Origin: the human T2T-CHM13v2.0 reference genome, Homo sapiens
Length of the DNA stretch: 64,000 bases
Direction: 5' to 3' (one strand)
Assembly: GCF_009914755.1 (NCBI RefSeq)
Contig: NC_060926.1
The notes under the pieces were generated by a model, which worked only from the letters and a program-made list of their open reading frames with translations, made no database searches and was not told the DNA's origin. This document shows, piece by piece, positions 17,116 through 31,116 of the stretch (the stretch's first letter is position 1; each line of letters begins with the position of its first letter). The position numbers and the translations under genes are program-made.

Positions 17116-17329
17116 TATTATTGACTCTTTTCACTGCTACACTATACAAGTCAAATAATTCCCCTTCTCCTTTTACAGATTCACCTGTTTGCTTCCTAAG
17201 ACAGAAAATAAATAGGAGGAAAAGGATCAGAGTCAAAATTCTGAGTGAGTGAAAATTTCCCTAAGAGATAAAATGAGGGTTAACATAGAGAATCAAACTT
17301 CCTAATATCTTGCTTCTTCTGTATTCCAG

Positions 17330-17850
17330 TTATGGTGTGTTACCATGGAAAGAGTATAGGACTGGGATTCAAATTCTTTAAGTTTAGGTCCTGGCTTTGC
17401 CATGTACTAACTGTAGAACCTTGGGGAAGCCATTTGACCTCCATAAGGATTTGTCTCCTCTTCTATAAAATGGGAATCCATTGTCTCCAGCTCAAAGCAC
17501 TATTCTGAGAATCAAATGAGATTGTTTTATCAATACAAGGGCTTATTATAAGGTCTTTGAATAGATATAAGCTCTTAAAAGCATTCCAAAAGTAAAAAGC
17601 AATCTCTTCTGATGCTCTAGACATATAAAATAGACTACATCATGCTATTAGTGACATATAAGAGAGGCAGCCTGGGTTCTGGAGTTAGAAAATCTAGTTG
17701 CAAACCCTTCTAGATGCAGGATCTGCAAATACTTAATTTTTAGGACTGTTAATCTAATTTATAAAATAAATACTGTTTGTTGTAAGATTCAATGTGATCA
17801 TGTGTACAAACGACTTGGTAACACATCTAGCATGTAATAGGCACTTAATA
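17330..17850 (+). mobile_element. Two adjacent MIR fragments
   Basis: ctggctttgccatgtactaactgtagaaccttgggg...taaaatggg, and a second core ending taggcacttaata. Confidence 0.6.
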
Positions 17851-18563
17851 ATCGAACATCATTGATGCAGTAGTTGGATTTTTAAGGCTCATTTTCAAAT
17901 TAGCTATACAGGGCAATCAAAACCTAAGTACTGTCCATTAAACTCTAAATACTGGCCGTGCCCAGATCTCTTTTACGAATAAAGTAACCTTTAAAGGTGT
18001 TTCTCCTGCAAAGGTTTTAAAATCTTTATAACATATATACCAAGGCTAACTGATATGCAGGCTTGGAAAGGTCATTTCTAAGCTGACTACACATGAGGGA
18101 GGCCAACCTCTTTGAGGTGGCTTGGAACAAAACTCTTACCAATATGGTTGTTTTATGTTGGATGGTACCAAACAAAACTCACTGAGATATTTTATTCCTG
18201 GATAGTTTAAATGCTAGTTGCATAGAGCTCAGGTTGTCCCTGAATGAACTGGAGTCAGTGCTGCAATATACTGTTGGTCCTGCTGTACACCTCATTCTTA
18301 GAAGCTCTGCGATACCCAGTAACAATACAACAGTTAGGATCAGTTCCTCGTGGATGCTTCCATAACCTTGATGACCACAGTGTATGTTTCTTCTTTGCTT
18401 AACTAATACACTCACCTTCACTGCTAAAATCTGCAATAAGAGGCTGAAGGATTATTTGCTCTGTGTTTAAATAACCCAGATAACAGTAATCATCACAGGT
18501 AACATTTTTTTAAACACTTCTTTGTGAACACTAATATTACATTTAATTCTTACATTTTCTTAC

Positions 18564-18742
18564 CTGTTTGCCTTTCGAAGAACATCAAATAGATTGCTTA
18601 GTGATGTGTCATTCTGAAACACATTTGGAAAACTAGACAGAAGCTGCCACACAGCTTTCTGCTCTTGCACTTGTGAGAAGAAAGACAGCATTCTGACTAT
18701 TTCCTGAAACACTATCTTCTGATTGTTGGGGTCACTGGATAG
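18564..18742 (-). CDS. ABCA12: ABCA12 exon 7 (179 nt), LSSDPNNQKIVFQEIVRMLSFFSQVQEQKAVWQLLSSFPNVFQNDTSLSNLFDVLRKAN(S)
   Basis: Acceptor ttttaag|CTA, donor AG|gtaaga; lies inside ORF 18560..18787. Confidence 0.96.
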
Positions 18743-19516
18743 CTTAAAATATAAAACCACAAACAGAGCAAAATGAGACTTTAACATTTGTAATCACATG
18801 GTTTGCTGTTTTTAAAAGCATCAAAAATCTAGATTTTCACATAAGCAATTCTTTTAGACCTTCACTCAGTTTGAAGCCAATCTTTTATTTGGAAAACCAG
18901 CAACTACTTCTAATGTTCTTAAACATAATTGGATCTTTTCCCTGTAACTCCAGAAATTGGCATAAAAGTTTGGTTAACAAAGCTGTATTTATATAAAATA
19001 TTTCAAATTATATATTTGGAAATTAAAATTAAGTTCCTAAAATAATTTTAGCTCTGAGTAATGTTTTTTTTTCTTAGGACTTGGTTTAGGGTTGCAGATA
19101 TATCTTCCCTATACTTATTACTAGGTGTTATATTGTTTGGATGGAGTACTCCTTAACTAATATATAGATTAGTAGAGATACGGATAGATTTTTATATATA
19201 TATAAAATATAATATAATATAATATATATAAGAGCGTGTGTGTGTGTATATATATATATACATAATTCAGGAAAATGTTTACTATTACAATTACACATAC
19301 TTAGTGCTATGTGATTTTGAACAATGTCTTTTTTACCACATGTTCTATTCTACATGACTGCCAATTTTGTTAAAAAAACAATTGTAAGTACTTTACATTG
19401 GATTGGGGATTATTATAACTGTATTTTTTTGTGTTCTCTCATTGTATGTGGGGTTGCATTAAATGTAGATTATTGCTGTCTCATTTTTACCATTGTTGTT
19501 TAAGGCTAGTGTATGT

Positions 19517-19970
19517 ACTATTCATAATAGCAAAGACATGAAATCAACCCAAATGCCCATAAATGATAGACTGGATAAAGAAAATATGACACTATACACC
19601 ATGGAATACTATGCAGTCAGAAAAAAAGGAATGAGATCATGTCCTTTGCAGGGACATGTATGGAGCTGGAAGTCATTATCCTCAGCAAACTAACACAGGA
19701 ACAAAAAACCAAACACTGCATGTTCTCACTTGTAAGTGGGAGCTGAACAATGAGAACACATGGACACACAGAGGGGAACAACACACACTGGGGTCTGTCA
19801 GAGCTGGATAGGGGGAGGGAAAACATCCAGATAAATAGCTAATGCATTCTTGGCTTAATACCTAGGTGATGGGTTGATAGGTGCAGCAAACCACCATGGC
19901 ATACATTTACCTATGTAAGAAACCTGCATGTCCTACACATGTATCCTGGAACTTAACATTAAATTAAATT
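19517..19970 (+). mobile_element. 5'-truncated L1PA-type 3' end
   Basis: atgttctcacttgtaagtgggagctgaacaatgagaacacatggacac; degenerate TSD tgtttaaggctagtgtatg / tgtttaaagactaatgtatg. Confidence 0.88.
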
Positions 19971-20079
19971 TGTTTAAAGACTAATGTATGCAAACACTCC
20001 ATAGTAGAGTGTTCTTGCTTCTAATGTATAATATTTTGGTGAGAGGGATATACTGTTTTATCAAAATCTAACTTATTGC

Positions 20080-21910
20080 TGAGGAATCACATTACCTAAC
20101 TTCAGACTATACTGCAGGGCTACAGTAACCAAAACAGCATGGTACTGGTACAAAAACAGACACATAGACCAATGGAACAGAATAGCAAACCCAGAAATAG
20201 GGTTACACACCTACAACCATCTGATCTTCAACAGAGGTGACAAAAACAAGCCATGGGGAAAGAACTCCCTATTCAATAAATGACATTGGGATAACCAGCT
20301 AGCCATATGCAGAAGAATGAAACTGGTTACACCATACACAAAATTCAACTCAATTAAAAAATATACACCTTGCTTACACCATATACAAAATTCAACTCAA
20401 GTTTGATTAAAGACTTAAATGTAAAACCCCAAATTATAAAAACCCTGGAAGACAGCCTAGGCAACACAATTCTAGACACAGGAAATGGTAAATATTTTAT
20501 GACAAAGATGCCAAAAGCAATCAAAATAAAAGCAAAAGTTGACAAATGGGATCTAATTAAACTTAACAGCTTCTGCACAGCAAAGAAACCATCAACAGAA
20601 TAAACAGACAACCTACAGAATGGGAGAACATTTTTGCAAACTATGCATCTGAAAAAGGTCTAATATCCAACATCTATAAGGAAGTTCAACAAATTTACAA
20701 GAAAAAAAAAAAACTCCACTAAAAAGTGGGCAAAGGACATGAACAGATGCTTTTCAAAAGAACATATACCTACAGCCAACAAGCATATGAAAAAAAGCTC
20801 AATATCACTGATCATTAGAGAAATGCAAATCAAAACCACAATGAGATGCCATCTCACACCAGTCAGAATGGCTATTAAAAAGTCAAAAAATAACAGATGC
20901 TGGTGAGGTTACAGAGAAAAGGGAACACTTAAACACTGTTAGTGGGAGTATAAATTAGTTTAAACATTGTGGAAAACAGTGTGGTGATTCCTCAAAGACC
21001 TAAAAACAGAGCTACCATTCAACCCAGTAATCCCATTACTGGGTATATACCCAGCAGAATATAAATTATCCTACTATAAAGACATATGCACACATATGTT
21101 AACTGCAGCACTAGTCACAAAATAACAAAGACACAGAATCAGCCGGTGCAGTGGCTCACGTCTATAATCCCAGCACTTTGGGAGGCCGAGGCAGGTGGGT
21201 CACTTGAGGTCAGGAGTTCGAGATGAGCCTGGCCAACATGGCAAAACCCTATCTCTACTAATAATACAAAAAAAAAAAAATTAGCTGGGTGTGGTGGCCT
21301 GCACCTGTAGTCCCAGCTAGTCGGGAGGCTGAGGCACGAGAATTACTTGAACCCAGGAGGCGGAGGTTTCAGTGAGCTGAGATAGCACCTTTGCCCTCCA
21401 GCCTGAGTGACAGAGTGAAGCTGTGTCTCAGAAAAAACAAAAAACAAAGCAAAACAAAAACAAAGACATGGAATCAACCTAAATGCCCATCAATGGCAGA
21501 TTGGATGAAGAAAATGTGGTACATATACACTGCGGAATACTATGCAGCCATAACAAAGAATGAGATGATGTCCTTTGCAGGAAAATGGATGGAGCTGGAG
21601 GCCATTATCCTTAGCAAATTATGCAGGAACAGAAAACGAAATACTGCATTTTCTCACTTATAAGTGGGAGCTACATGACGAGAACACGTGGACACAAAGA
21701 GGGAAACAACCGACACTGGGACTTACTTGAGTGTGAAGTGTGGGAGGAGGGTGAGGATCAGAAAAAAATAACTACTGAGTACTAGGCTTAGTACCTCGGT
21801 GACAGAATAATCTAGACAACAAACCACTGTGACATGAGTTTACTTATATAACAAACCTGCAATATGTGCCCCTGAACCTAAAATAAAAGTTTTTGAAAAT
21901 TCACAATTAA
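20080..21910 (+). mobile_element. 5'-truncated L1PB/L1PA-type element (decayed ORF2 C-terminus and 3' UTR) containing an Alu
   Basis: ORF2 remnants [30 protein letters not shown] and TWNQPKCPS..WMKKMWYIYT.EYYAAI; small internal duplication at 20326-20400. Confidence 0.9.
21141..21458 (+). mobile_element. AluSx/Sz nested in L1
   Basis: TSD aacaaagacacagaatc (21124-21140) / aacaaagacatggaatc (21459-21475). Confidence 0.92.
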
Positions 21911-22352
21911 AGAAAAATTAGCTTTTCAAACTAGGTTTGAAGTCAGTGAGAAAAATAAAAAGATTTTACCCATTATTCTAAATTCTGGCAGTTATATGAC
22001 TGTGACAGTTTAATTATTAAACTTGTATCACAGCCTGAGTAATCTCACCTAAAGATCTCAGAGAAAACTATCAAACTTCATTTACTGTAGAGCAAAGCCA
22101 TATTTTATTTATAAAGGTGTGTCCACATTAACCATAATGTAATATTTTTGGTTTAGCATTGAAATCGTTTCAACCTTTCACATTAAATAAGTAATACTAC
22201 TTAAGATTAAACTTTGTGTGCAAATGTCTATGTGAGGAAAACATGCCTAAGGTAAACAAATATCCCAGTCAGCATTTCCCAGTCTACACGGGCTATAGAT
22301 TTACCCTTTAATTCATGTTGAGTCACTTTGTGGATCAAAGATCTACACTCAC

Positions 22353-22538
22353 CTGGGAGAACTGTTTGTTTAGTTCTTGGAGAGAAGACTCTAAAAGGGT
22401 CATGTTAGAAAGGCAAAATTTGTTAAAAACATTTCTTCCTAGAAAGGTCCAAGAGAAGGCATCATCCACAATGTATCCTGAATAGCTGTCACATAGTTCT
22501 CTTCGTATATCTTCTGAAGTTGAATTTTGCTTTAACAG
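22353..22538 (-). CDS. ABCA12: ABCA12 exon 6 (186 nt), LLKQNSTSEDIRRELCDSYSGYIVDDAFSWTFLGRNVFNKFCLSNMTLLESSLQELNKQFSQ
   Basis: Acceptor ttttag|CTG, donor CAG|gtgagt; symmetric phase 0-0. Confidence 0.95.
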
Positions 22539-24333
22539 CTAAAAGCATGTGTGAAAAGAGTAAAATAAGAGTGTTAATAAATGTAGATGTTCAAATATTC
22601 TATTCTTCAAGGAATCTAAGCTGTCTTCAAAATAGCCATTTTGAGGTCCTCCATTATAGCAGCTATTAAAATAACAATAAAGTAGATAGAGTTTACCCAT
22701 GAAACTTGTAGAGCGAATGCATGAATGTGGTAAATTATTGTCATTGTTATTATTTAAATGATTTATATATGAATTGTTTGACTGAACTCATTTCTTGTCT
22801 CTGACCAGAAAACCTCAATGCACAGAGTCTTTGCTTACAAAAATCTTCACGCATAAAAATCTTATTCACTTTTTCTGGACATTGAGTAGCAGAAACTCAG
22901 GTGTCCTGACTCTTCATGGCACTCATAGGAAACTGGTTGTGATCTTTGGAAGATTTCCAACAGAAGGAGCTTCGAGGTCTATTCCTAGGATGAACAGTGT
23001 TTATTTACAGAAGTGTACAAATATAGATTGCTTCATTTGCAAAGCAGTTCTTCCATCTAAGTCTTATATATAGAAAGAAAAAGGAAAACGTATGTGAAAA
23101 TGTATAATAGCAGGCATAACTACTAAAAGTAGTCATTGGAAATCATTTTCGTAATGGAATCATCATAATCTCCCTATATATTTCATAATTCAGGCCAGTC
23201 ACAGATATAGCAGTATTTTACCCATAATGTTGATCATATTTACCATTATTAAGTTGTTTAGATATTTACAGAGCTGATGATAGTTAGTTGTCAGACTTAA
23301 GGGGTCCATCTTAATAATTAATTCTTATTACTCCATGAGGTGAGGTCAATTTCATCCTCCCCTTAAGTGTGTATTACAAAACCTACATGCTACCTTCTAG
23401 TGACTCAAATTCTAAAAGTAATGGAACAAGACAGAATCCACTTATCTAGGATGTACTATAAGTGTTAGGCCTTCTAGTCATTCATCCGTATCTCTCTTCT
23501 AACATTCCACATAAACTCACCCAAAAATGATTTCTCTACTCATTCTTGCAAGTGTTGCAGAAAGCAGTAAAGAGAAAGAAAGAGGAATCAGAGAGATTGC
23601 TGACATAGGCATCAATATATCATCCTAATTTTTACATCCCTTCCCTGCTCCAACTACTCTAAAAATATGTATCCATACATAGAAATTTCATTTTTGGCTT
23701 ATCTCCCCTGGATATATAGCTCTGTGCTGCCTCACAAAATTCTGAAATTCTATTCCATATGAGAAAGATAACTTGGGAGTTTCAATATGACAAAGTAGCA
23801 TTTTGGAGAATAGCATTGCTCTTCTAGATATTAAAGAATTTATCTGATCCAATGCAAGACTGTCTACTTCTAGGAACCAATATGTAAGAACTGGAATGGA
23901 ATAGAATAATGTTCTCTAATTTATACACTGTGCTTGATTGGGGGAAGCTTTAGACTGGAATTAACTGGGCATATTGAGAGACTTCTATGCCAGACAAAAA
24001 ACATTAGAAGCCTCAAATATTATGTAAACTAGACTTTCAATGTCTAGATTGGACAGATTGAAAGGTCCTCTATTTTGGCCAGCATGGGCAGAGTTGATGA
24101 GTGTGATGCCATTTCCTGGAGTCCGCTTTTGTGCTGGCCTTTGGCTCATTTATATAACTCAGTTTATTGAAATGCCTCAGTTAAACAGAGTATTAATTTA
24201 AGTATAACTAACAAAGTCATATTAAGTAGCAGTGGTTATGGTTACTGGAATGTTAATAAATGTTAAAGACATGTCTCATGATCAGATAAAAGAAATGGTT
24301 GCTATATAAGATATAGATATATTATTAAAAACG

Positions 24334-24336
<3 letters not shown>

Positions 24337-24385
<49 letters not shown>
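24337..24385. repeat. (GT)24 microsatellite, followed by (GA)n near 24422-24438
   Basis: Read directly from the sequence. Confidence 0.95.
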
Positions 24386-24387
<2 letters not shown>

Positions 24388-25223
24388 GGTGATGGGGGAA
24401 GGAGAGAAGAAAGGTGAGTGGGAGAGAGAGAGAGAGAATAGTATCTCTAATGCCAAATGTTGAAAATGAAGTCTTTTCATGTCTAAAGAGCACATAAAAC
24501 AGGACTTAAATACCTATGGGACCAGCCAAATAACTTAAATATATTAATCTGGCCAGATGAAAGACAATAAGGGGAAGTAGAGATTGTAGTTACAAAGAGC
24601 ACGTGTTCTGCCTAAAGGCATTCACATTCAATTTCTTAAAATCTCCGTACACACACTCACACACACATTTAGCTCACAGGCTGCCAGTTTACACCTCTGA
24701 TAGAAATTATGTTCATTATCTTGCAATCTGGGAAATCTTAAAGTAGATGATCTCTAGGAAACAGAGAAATCGATAAGTAAGCTCTCTAAAATACGCTAAG
24801 AAAAAGGATTTTCCTACTTTGGGGCAATATTTTCCTTAGCTCTAATTTTTCCCAAGACTTGATTAGTATGGATGAGGCAGCAAATTCGAAGAGCATTATA
24901 ACTTCATTTGGTCTTTTTTTCTTTCCTGCTTCAGAAAATTAAAACATCACATATTATGCCACCCTAATTTCTTACTAAGTGAAAACTTTAAGTTCAATTA
25001 AGGGACTTAACAGGGAAGTAAATAAATACTCAAGATATTAAGGAATTCAGAATGTCTTAAAATTAAGCTGTTTATTGAAGGGTTCCTAAGAAAAGAAGTT
25101 GCCTGAGATATTACCCTAAATAGGAAAGGTGCTCCAAACATCTTGCTATTTGAGAGATCCTTCTATTAACCTAAAAGGCCTATGTTGAATCACTCTACCC
25201 ATTACAAAATTGAATCAAGTTAC

Positions 25224-25321
25224 CTTTTCCAAGCCAAGAATTCGTGCGAGCACTTGACTGCCATTGAAAGTATATGTTCCGGGGATTTCCAAATCAGAAC
25301 TTGGACTGGGAAATACTGTGG
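25224..25321 (-). CDS. ABCA12: ABCA12 exon 5 (98 nt), (A)TVFPSPSSDLEIPGTYTFNGSQVLARILGLEK
   Basis: Acceptor ttacag|CC, donor AAG|gtaact; translated by hand (not in the ORF track). Confidence 0.95.
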
Positions 25322-27309
25322 CTGTAATCAAAGAAGGAACAGATTAGCATTCCACACACACACACACAAATGCACAGGACCACATGAGAATCCATAAACA
25401 TCACTTGTGACCTCATATACCCTACAGCAAGGATGTGCTCAAACATGCCTCTTCCATGGAAGTTTTATACTGGAAAAGTGGCAAATTCCATGAGTTTTTC
25501 TTTTCATATAAAATTGTGATGACTTTGGTCTGTTCTTGTTGTTTATCCAATCATTTAGATGTCATTTGCTTTCATTCCAGTCGGTGACATTAAACTTCAT
25601 CACCAACATTATTGCCCAATAAACCGAATCATTTCTGTGCAGGCCTGGAGGATTTGAGGTGCCTACACTAGCTCCACAGATCCATCATATCCAACATCTG
25701 TTCAAAGGATCTGCCAATGCACATCTGGTGATAATGGTCTTTTCTTTTAATTATCCAATTGGGACACCGAAATCTGCTTAGAATCATAAATTCTCTCCTC
25801 AAAGTGGTTTCTGAATGATATTTTAGATCAAATAAATGGGATAAAGCCATTAGCCTGGACTACATACAGTATACTCTAATTAAGTAATTCCCAATGCATC
25901 TACATCTAGTATTATTTATTTATGATGTGGCAGAGTTTTCTGGGTTTGGAGCATTAGCTAGAAGACGACATTCCTATCTATAACATGGATGTTCATTAAG
26001 CCAGTATATTGACCTTTATAAATTTAATACAGAAGTCTTTTGTCATCCTCAGAGCAAAGAATCTTAATATTCAATGGTACCAGTGACTCATCAGCAGTAG
26101 GGCCTAGGCTTTATTTTTGTGCCCACAGGGCTGAAGAATTTGCCATCTGATTCCTTTAGACTATGGCAATATATTTGTGAGATAACTGGCCAGAGTGAGA
26201 AACATAATCTGTGGCTACCAAGCAAAGCAAAGCTTACTGGACCATAACATTATAACCTTATTTCTACGGTGCTTTAACCTACTCAGCCAAAGACCCACAG
26301 ATCATTCATAACAGAACATTAACTCCTCAAAACCATTCACCACCATGTTCCTGCTACATTAACATAGGACTTTTTTTTTTACTTGCTCCATCAACTTGCA
26401 TTGGAATGTTATTGAATATCATAAAGTCTTAAATATCCCATGGCCTTTTAAAGAAACTCCCTTTTTATCCAGAGCACCAATCATATTTCAACGTACAGGA
26501 ATCTTGTTTTGTTCACTAATATATCCCCAGCCCCTAAGACAGTGGCTGCTTAGTATTAGGGACTTAGTAAATATTTGTCAATGAATGTTAGCCAGTCGTG
26601 CTGTTTCGAGCGTTTATTTTTTTTAACATGTGGCTTCTAATCAGTGTTTCTCAAGTCCACTTGCAACTGAATCACTCGCACCTAAGGCTCAGAAACGCAT
26701 GTTTTGAGGGAGCAACTCAGGAAGAGTCTCTGCACGTGAAAATTTGAGAGCTACTGGCCTAGATGTGAAGCAAGTCCACAGTCACACTGAAGACTGTGAT
26801 ACTAAGCCTTAAGTGTGAGGAAGAAGTGTACAGCTGAAAGAGTACTGGCCTGGAAGTCCTTCTAATGCCAGCTCTGCTGTATGGCTGTAGATACAGCACT
26901 TAACTTTGTTGAGCCTCATATTTCTCATCTGTAAAATGGAAAATCTGGACAAACCTCTGAGATTCTTTCCAAAAATTTTTATTAATGGGCTTTCTAACCC
27001 ATCCCAGCATCATCTAATTGCAGACAACTAAAGAGTCTAGAGTCAGTTCTGGGAAATGGTGCAATTCTCAACATGTAGGCTTTTGCTCCTATGGAGTATT
27101 TCAGTAAGAACTTAATTTCTAATTATTTTCAACACCTTTGCGTAATTGCACCGCCATACTCAGGCAACCATGAGGAACGTTTAGATCTCACAGGGCTATT
27201 CTAAGCATTCCTTCTTTGTTTGAAAAGTTTAAAGTATAAACCTTTCAAAGATTAGACCTTTACTGTTCCATAAGGCTTGTTCTGAACTCTACAGAAGAAA
27301 ATAGCTTAC

Positions 27310-27401
27310 CTAGTGATGCATGCCTTCTTTCTGGAACTTGGGTGCTCTGGAATGATAAACTGCTGTCCTTATCCAGGTTGGATGACTTTCTCAGAATCTC
27401 A
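27310..27401 (-). CDS. ABCA12: ABCA12 exon 4 (92 nt), EILRKSSNLDKDSSLSFQSTQVPERRHASL
   Basis: Acceptor ttctctag|T, donor G|gtaagc; phases fit exons 3 and 5. Confidence 0.95.
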
Positions 27402-30400
27402 CTAGAGAAGAAAAAGCAAGAACTCTGTAACTTCTCCCACATTAATTTTAGTTACAGCAATGTATTATGTGGCAGATTCCAGGGCTGTCTGAGGACTTTC
27501 AAATATTTAATATAGTTTCCAGGATTTTAATGGAAGAATTCACCTAACCACACACCAATGAATATATAAGGTCTCCTACAAAGTATATTTTTATTCAGAG
27601 AAAATGGCCTAGATGAAGTTTAAAATAGTTATTTTTACTTTAATCTTGTAGAAAGGACATTTTAAAAGACATTAGAGATAAATACTTAAAATATGTATGA
27701 TATATATTTTTCTTTTAAAAAGTTGATAGGTCCCAAACAAATGAGAATCCAAGAGTGCTTTGGGGACTGAAACAAAGGTCTGCTTATTTGTCAACATTAA
27801 AAGAAAAATAAGTTTTCTATGTTAAATTATAGATGGCCTTTTAAAGATTTTCAACACAGGTTCAAGGAAGAAGAGAAAGGCCAAACATTTATTGAATACC
27901 CAGTATGTGCCAGGAATTGTGGTTGATGTCATCACAGATGGCACCAAGTATAAAAGGAATAACATTAAAATAAATTTTCCATTGCATTGAATGTGTCAAG
28001 GCAGTAATAATTACATTGTGGTGCCAGGAATCCCTGTGCAACATGATCACACTAGGTTTTGGAAGAAGACATTGCTGGGCCTTCCCACAATTAGTAACCC
28101 CCTCTTTTCTAAAAATTCGCTTTTTGTTTAGTTTGTTATTAAAATGGAGATGATCACATTTTCTTGAAAACTGGATGTATCTAAAAGCTCGTGCCTAAAA
28201 TAAGTATGTATGTTTCAAAAATAAAATCAGTCTAAATGCCAGGATGCAAATAATTTTTAGAATTCCAAAAAGTTGGTGTATTTTATGTAGTTATTTATAA
28301 AAACCTTAAGGTACGTAACAATGGCTATAAAAAGATAATGGAAAAGCAAGAAATTCTGCTTACTACCATGGTTCAACTTGACTTCTGTTTTAGAAACAAG
28401 ATCTGAATCCTAGTTCCAGGGTACTTTGTGTTTATAATTGGAAAAAGAAAAAGAAGTGATATTTGTTTTCATTCCCTAGTGTTTTTCCAATATTCTCCAT
28501 AAAATGTACTTTTTGCTCCAAAAGTTCTGCATTCTTAATATATATTTGAATTATTCATGACCCTGACTGTATGCCCCTAATCTTTTTACATTCCTTATGC
28601 TGACTACGTGATGGGAAAATTGTTCAGGTAAAAATAAGAAATGACCTGAACATTTTCCCTTTTCTCAAAAAGAAGTTTTAGAAAGTTTGAGAAAGTTGAG
28701 TTTACTTTTCTTTTTCTCGACATTTTTTTAGTTTGGCTTGAAATCCTATGAGGACTACTGAATATCAACACATTTTGAAGACAAAAGCAAAAACTGCCTT
28801 CATAAAAATTTAAGGACTAGGGACAGCAACAAAAACAAAAGGGAGGATGACAAAGATCAAAATGAGCAATGGAAAGAGCAAGAGAAAATAGACTCAATAA
28901 TGAATGGTGGTGAGGAAGTGGGAAGAAAAGAAAGAAGAGGCAATAGGAAACTAAGCAAGTGTGCTCTTGGAGAAGCAAAAGCTGCATCTGCTCCACGGAG
29001 GACACTTTACTCATCTTCCCACATTCAGAAACGAAACCTAAAATTACTCCTACAAATAGCATTTAAACACCATGGAAAGACAAACTCATTCCCTTCTCAG
29101 CAAGCAGCTGGCTCTGCAGCTCTGAGCTTGCTCAACAGTAAAATGACTGCTCCTAGACAAGGACGCACAGCAGCTCCCATTCTAACAGCACCTTTCTCTC
29201 ACCAGGAAGTGCCCAGTGTGACATGGTTGCCCACATCTTTTATGTAGCCTTAATGTGTCTTTTTTTTGGAAGCAAGAGTTGGATATCATGTGTGCTTTCC
29301 TCTTCCCCTTCCTGAAAATATTCTCCAGCTTCATTTTGCATTGACAAGGTGTGGTGTGACAGCACGTGTCTACTCCCATCACACATCAAAACTGTTTTCT
29401 TTAAACTCTTAAAATGGAAATCACAAAATAAATGTACAACAGAGTATGTGCATAAAAAGATGAATTAATGCTGTAAATTGAAACACAGCTACTTTCCCCC
29501 CAAACAAAGCTAATTAATTCTATTAACTCCCTATTAAATTACTTAAAGAGGGCAAGAAAGTAGCTGGTCTTGCTGAGTTAATGGCATTCCCTGAAGTTTC
29601 TAATGAGCAGGATCATGTTTATAGACAAAGCACTACATGCTTCTTAGAACAGTGGTTGAGAAATAGCACCTTCCTGTTACTTCACACAAGCACTTAGTGC
29701 ACACTTATTTCATATCTATCTGTACCTATTCCCACCACTTTTTCTATTTCAGCTGTGACATCTTTAGGAAAAGCTGCCATGTCTTATTTATCTTTATATT
29801 CCCAATATCTAACATAGTATAGGACCATAAGATCTGATGGCTGATTAAATAAAAAGAGACCATATTGTTGGGGTATGGCAGAAAGTACTTTATAGAGTTA
29901 GAAGATATCTTCGGAATTTCAGCTCTCTCTTCCTAAAAGATCTCAGCCATCATCTCCCTCACCAGCAAATTAGCAATAATAACACCTACTTTGCAAGGTT
30001 GTTATGAGTATGATATGAGGTGTGTGTACCAAGAGTCTCTCTGGGCCCTGTCATCATAGGTACTCATCAATATTAGCTCTTGGTCAGAGTACCCACAAAA
30101 GAAGATGTTGCAAAGATGCAACCTTCACCATCAATATGGAGCTGGAGGCCCATATTTTAGATGTAATCCCTTTAGAATCCTAGAAACTTCAAAAGCTCCG
30201 GATACCAAATGGATGTATCCCATTATTTTATAGATCTGGAACCTACAAGTATTTACTAGTGATATGGAATGAGGCACAGGCCCTCACCCAGAGCCGTGTA
30301 ACCCCTTCCTCATTTTATGAGTTTATGTAACTTTTATCTGTTTATGAGATAAATATTCCACCAGTAGTGTTTACCAATTTCCCCCTTTTTAGAGTGTAAG

Positions 30401-30903
30401 GTTCTTAAGAAAAGCCTACAGTGTATTATGTTGGCAGATAGTAGGATGTTTAGCACATGACAAGCACTGGATACTTGATAATGAGGAACATTACTTGGAA
30501 CAACTTACCACTAAAGCAACTTTTTTTAAATGGCTGTGGCCTGCTCTCCATTGTTGCATATCTGATTCTGCAAGGATCCTTAGAAAAGGAAACACCCAGC
30601 CACAGCCCCAAAGTTATCATCTTACATCGTACCTACCATATTCATTCATTAACTCACCAACATTGATTACATTCTTATTATATGTAAAATAATGGGCAAG
30701 TAAAATAAGAAAACCAGGGATTATGGTACATTAATGAGAATAGCTAAGTAAGGACATGTGCAAAGGAGGACTGGAACACATGACAGGGCCCCTAAATCTG
30801 AGTTAGTCCCATTTGTGTTTGTTATAGAGCAATATCCTTACTCACATCCTTAATGCAAGCCTCTTGCAACCAGAAACATTTTTCCTTCAGCCTTCTATTA
30901 GCC

Positions 30904-31116
30904 CAGTGGTTTTCAAGTGTGGATAATACCCCTACCCCGGGGGACATTTGGCAATGTCTGGAGACATATTTGGTTGTCACAACTGTGCGTGGAGTGTCAC
31001 TGGCATCTAGTGAGTAGAGGCCAGGGGTGCTGCTGAACATCCTACAATGCACAACACAACAAAGAATTATCTGGTCCCAGTTATGAGTAGTTGAGAATCA
31101 AGGTTGAGAAACCCTG
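30904..31116 (+). mobile_element. MER20 (hAT-Charlie)
   Basis: cagtggttttcaa...ggggacatttggcaatgtctggagaca...ttgagaaaccctg terminal inverted repeats. Confidence 0.88.

Noticed and set aside
18179-18436. 85-aa minus-strand ORF just after exon 7
   Set aside because: Non-ATG start, no recognisable homology, and exons 7 and 8 join in frame without it; only its splice-like sites were kept as a finding.
19500-19980. Possible intronic small RNA gene in intron 6
   Set aside because: The sequence is fully explained by an L1 3' end; I could not support snoRNA or tRNA structure by eye.
20370-21663. ORFs resembling L1 ORF2 C-terminus
   Set aside because: Fragments of a truncated, decayed L1 interrupted by stops and an Alu.
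28900-29247. 115-aa plus-strand ORF (also the 123-aa ORF at 46502-46873)
   Set aside because: No recognisable domain or supporting gene structure; lengths are compatible with chance.
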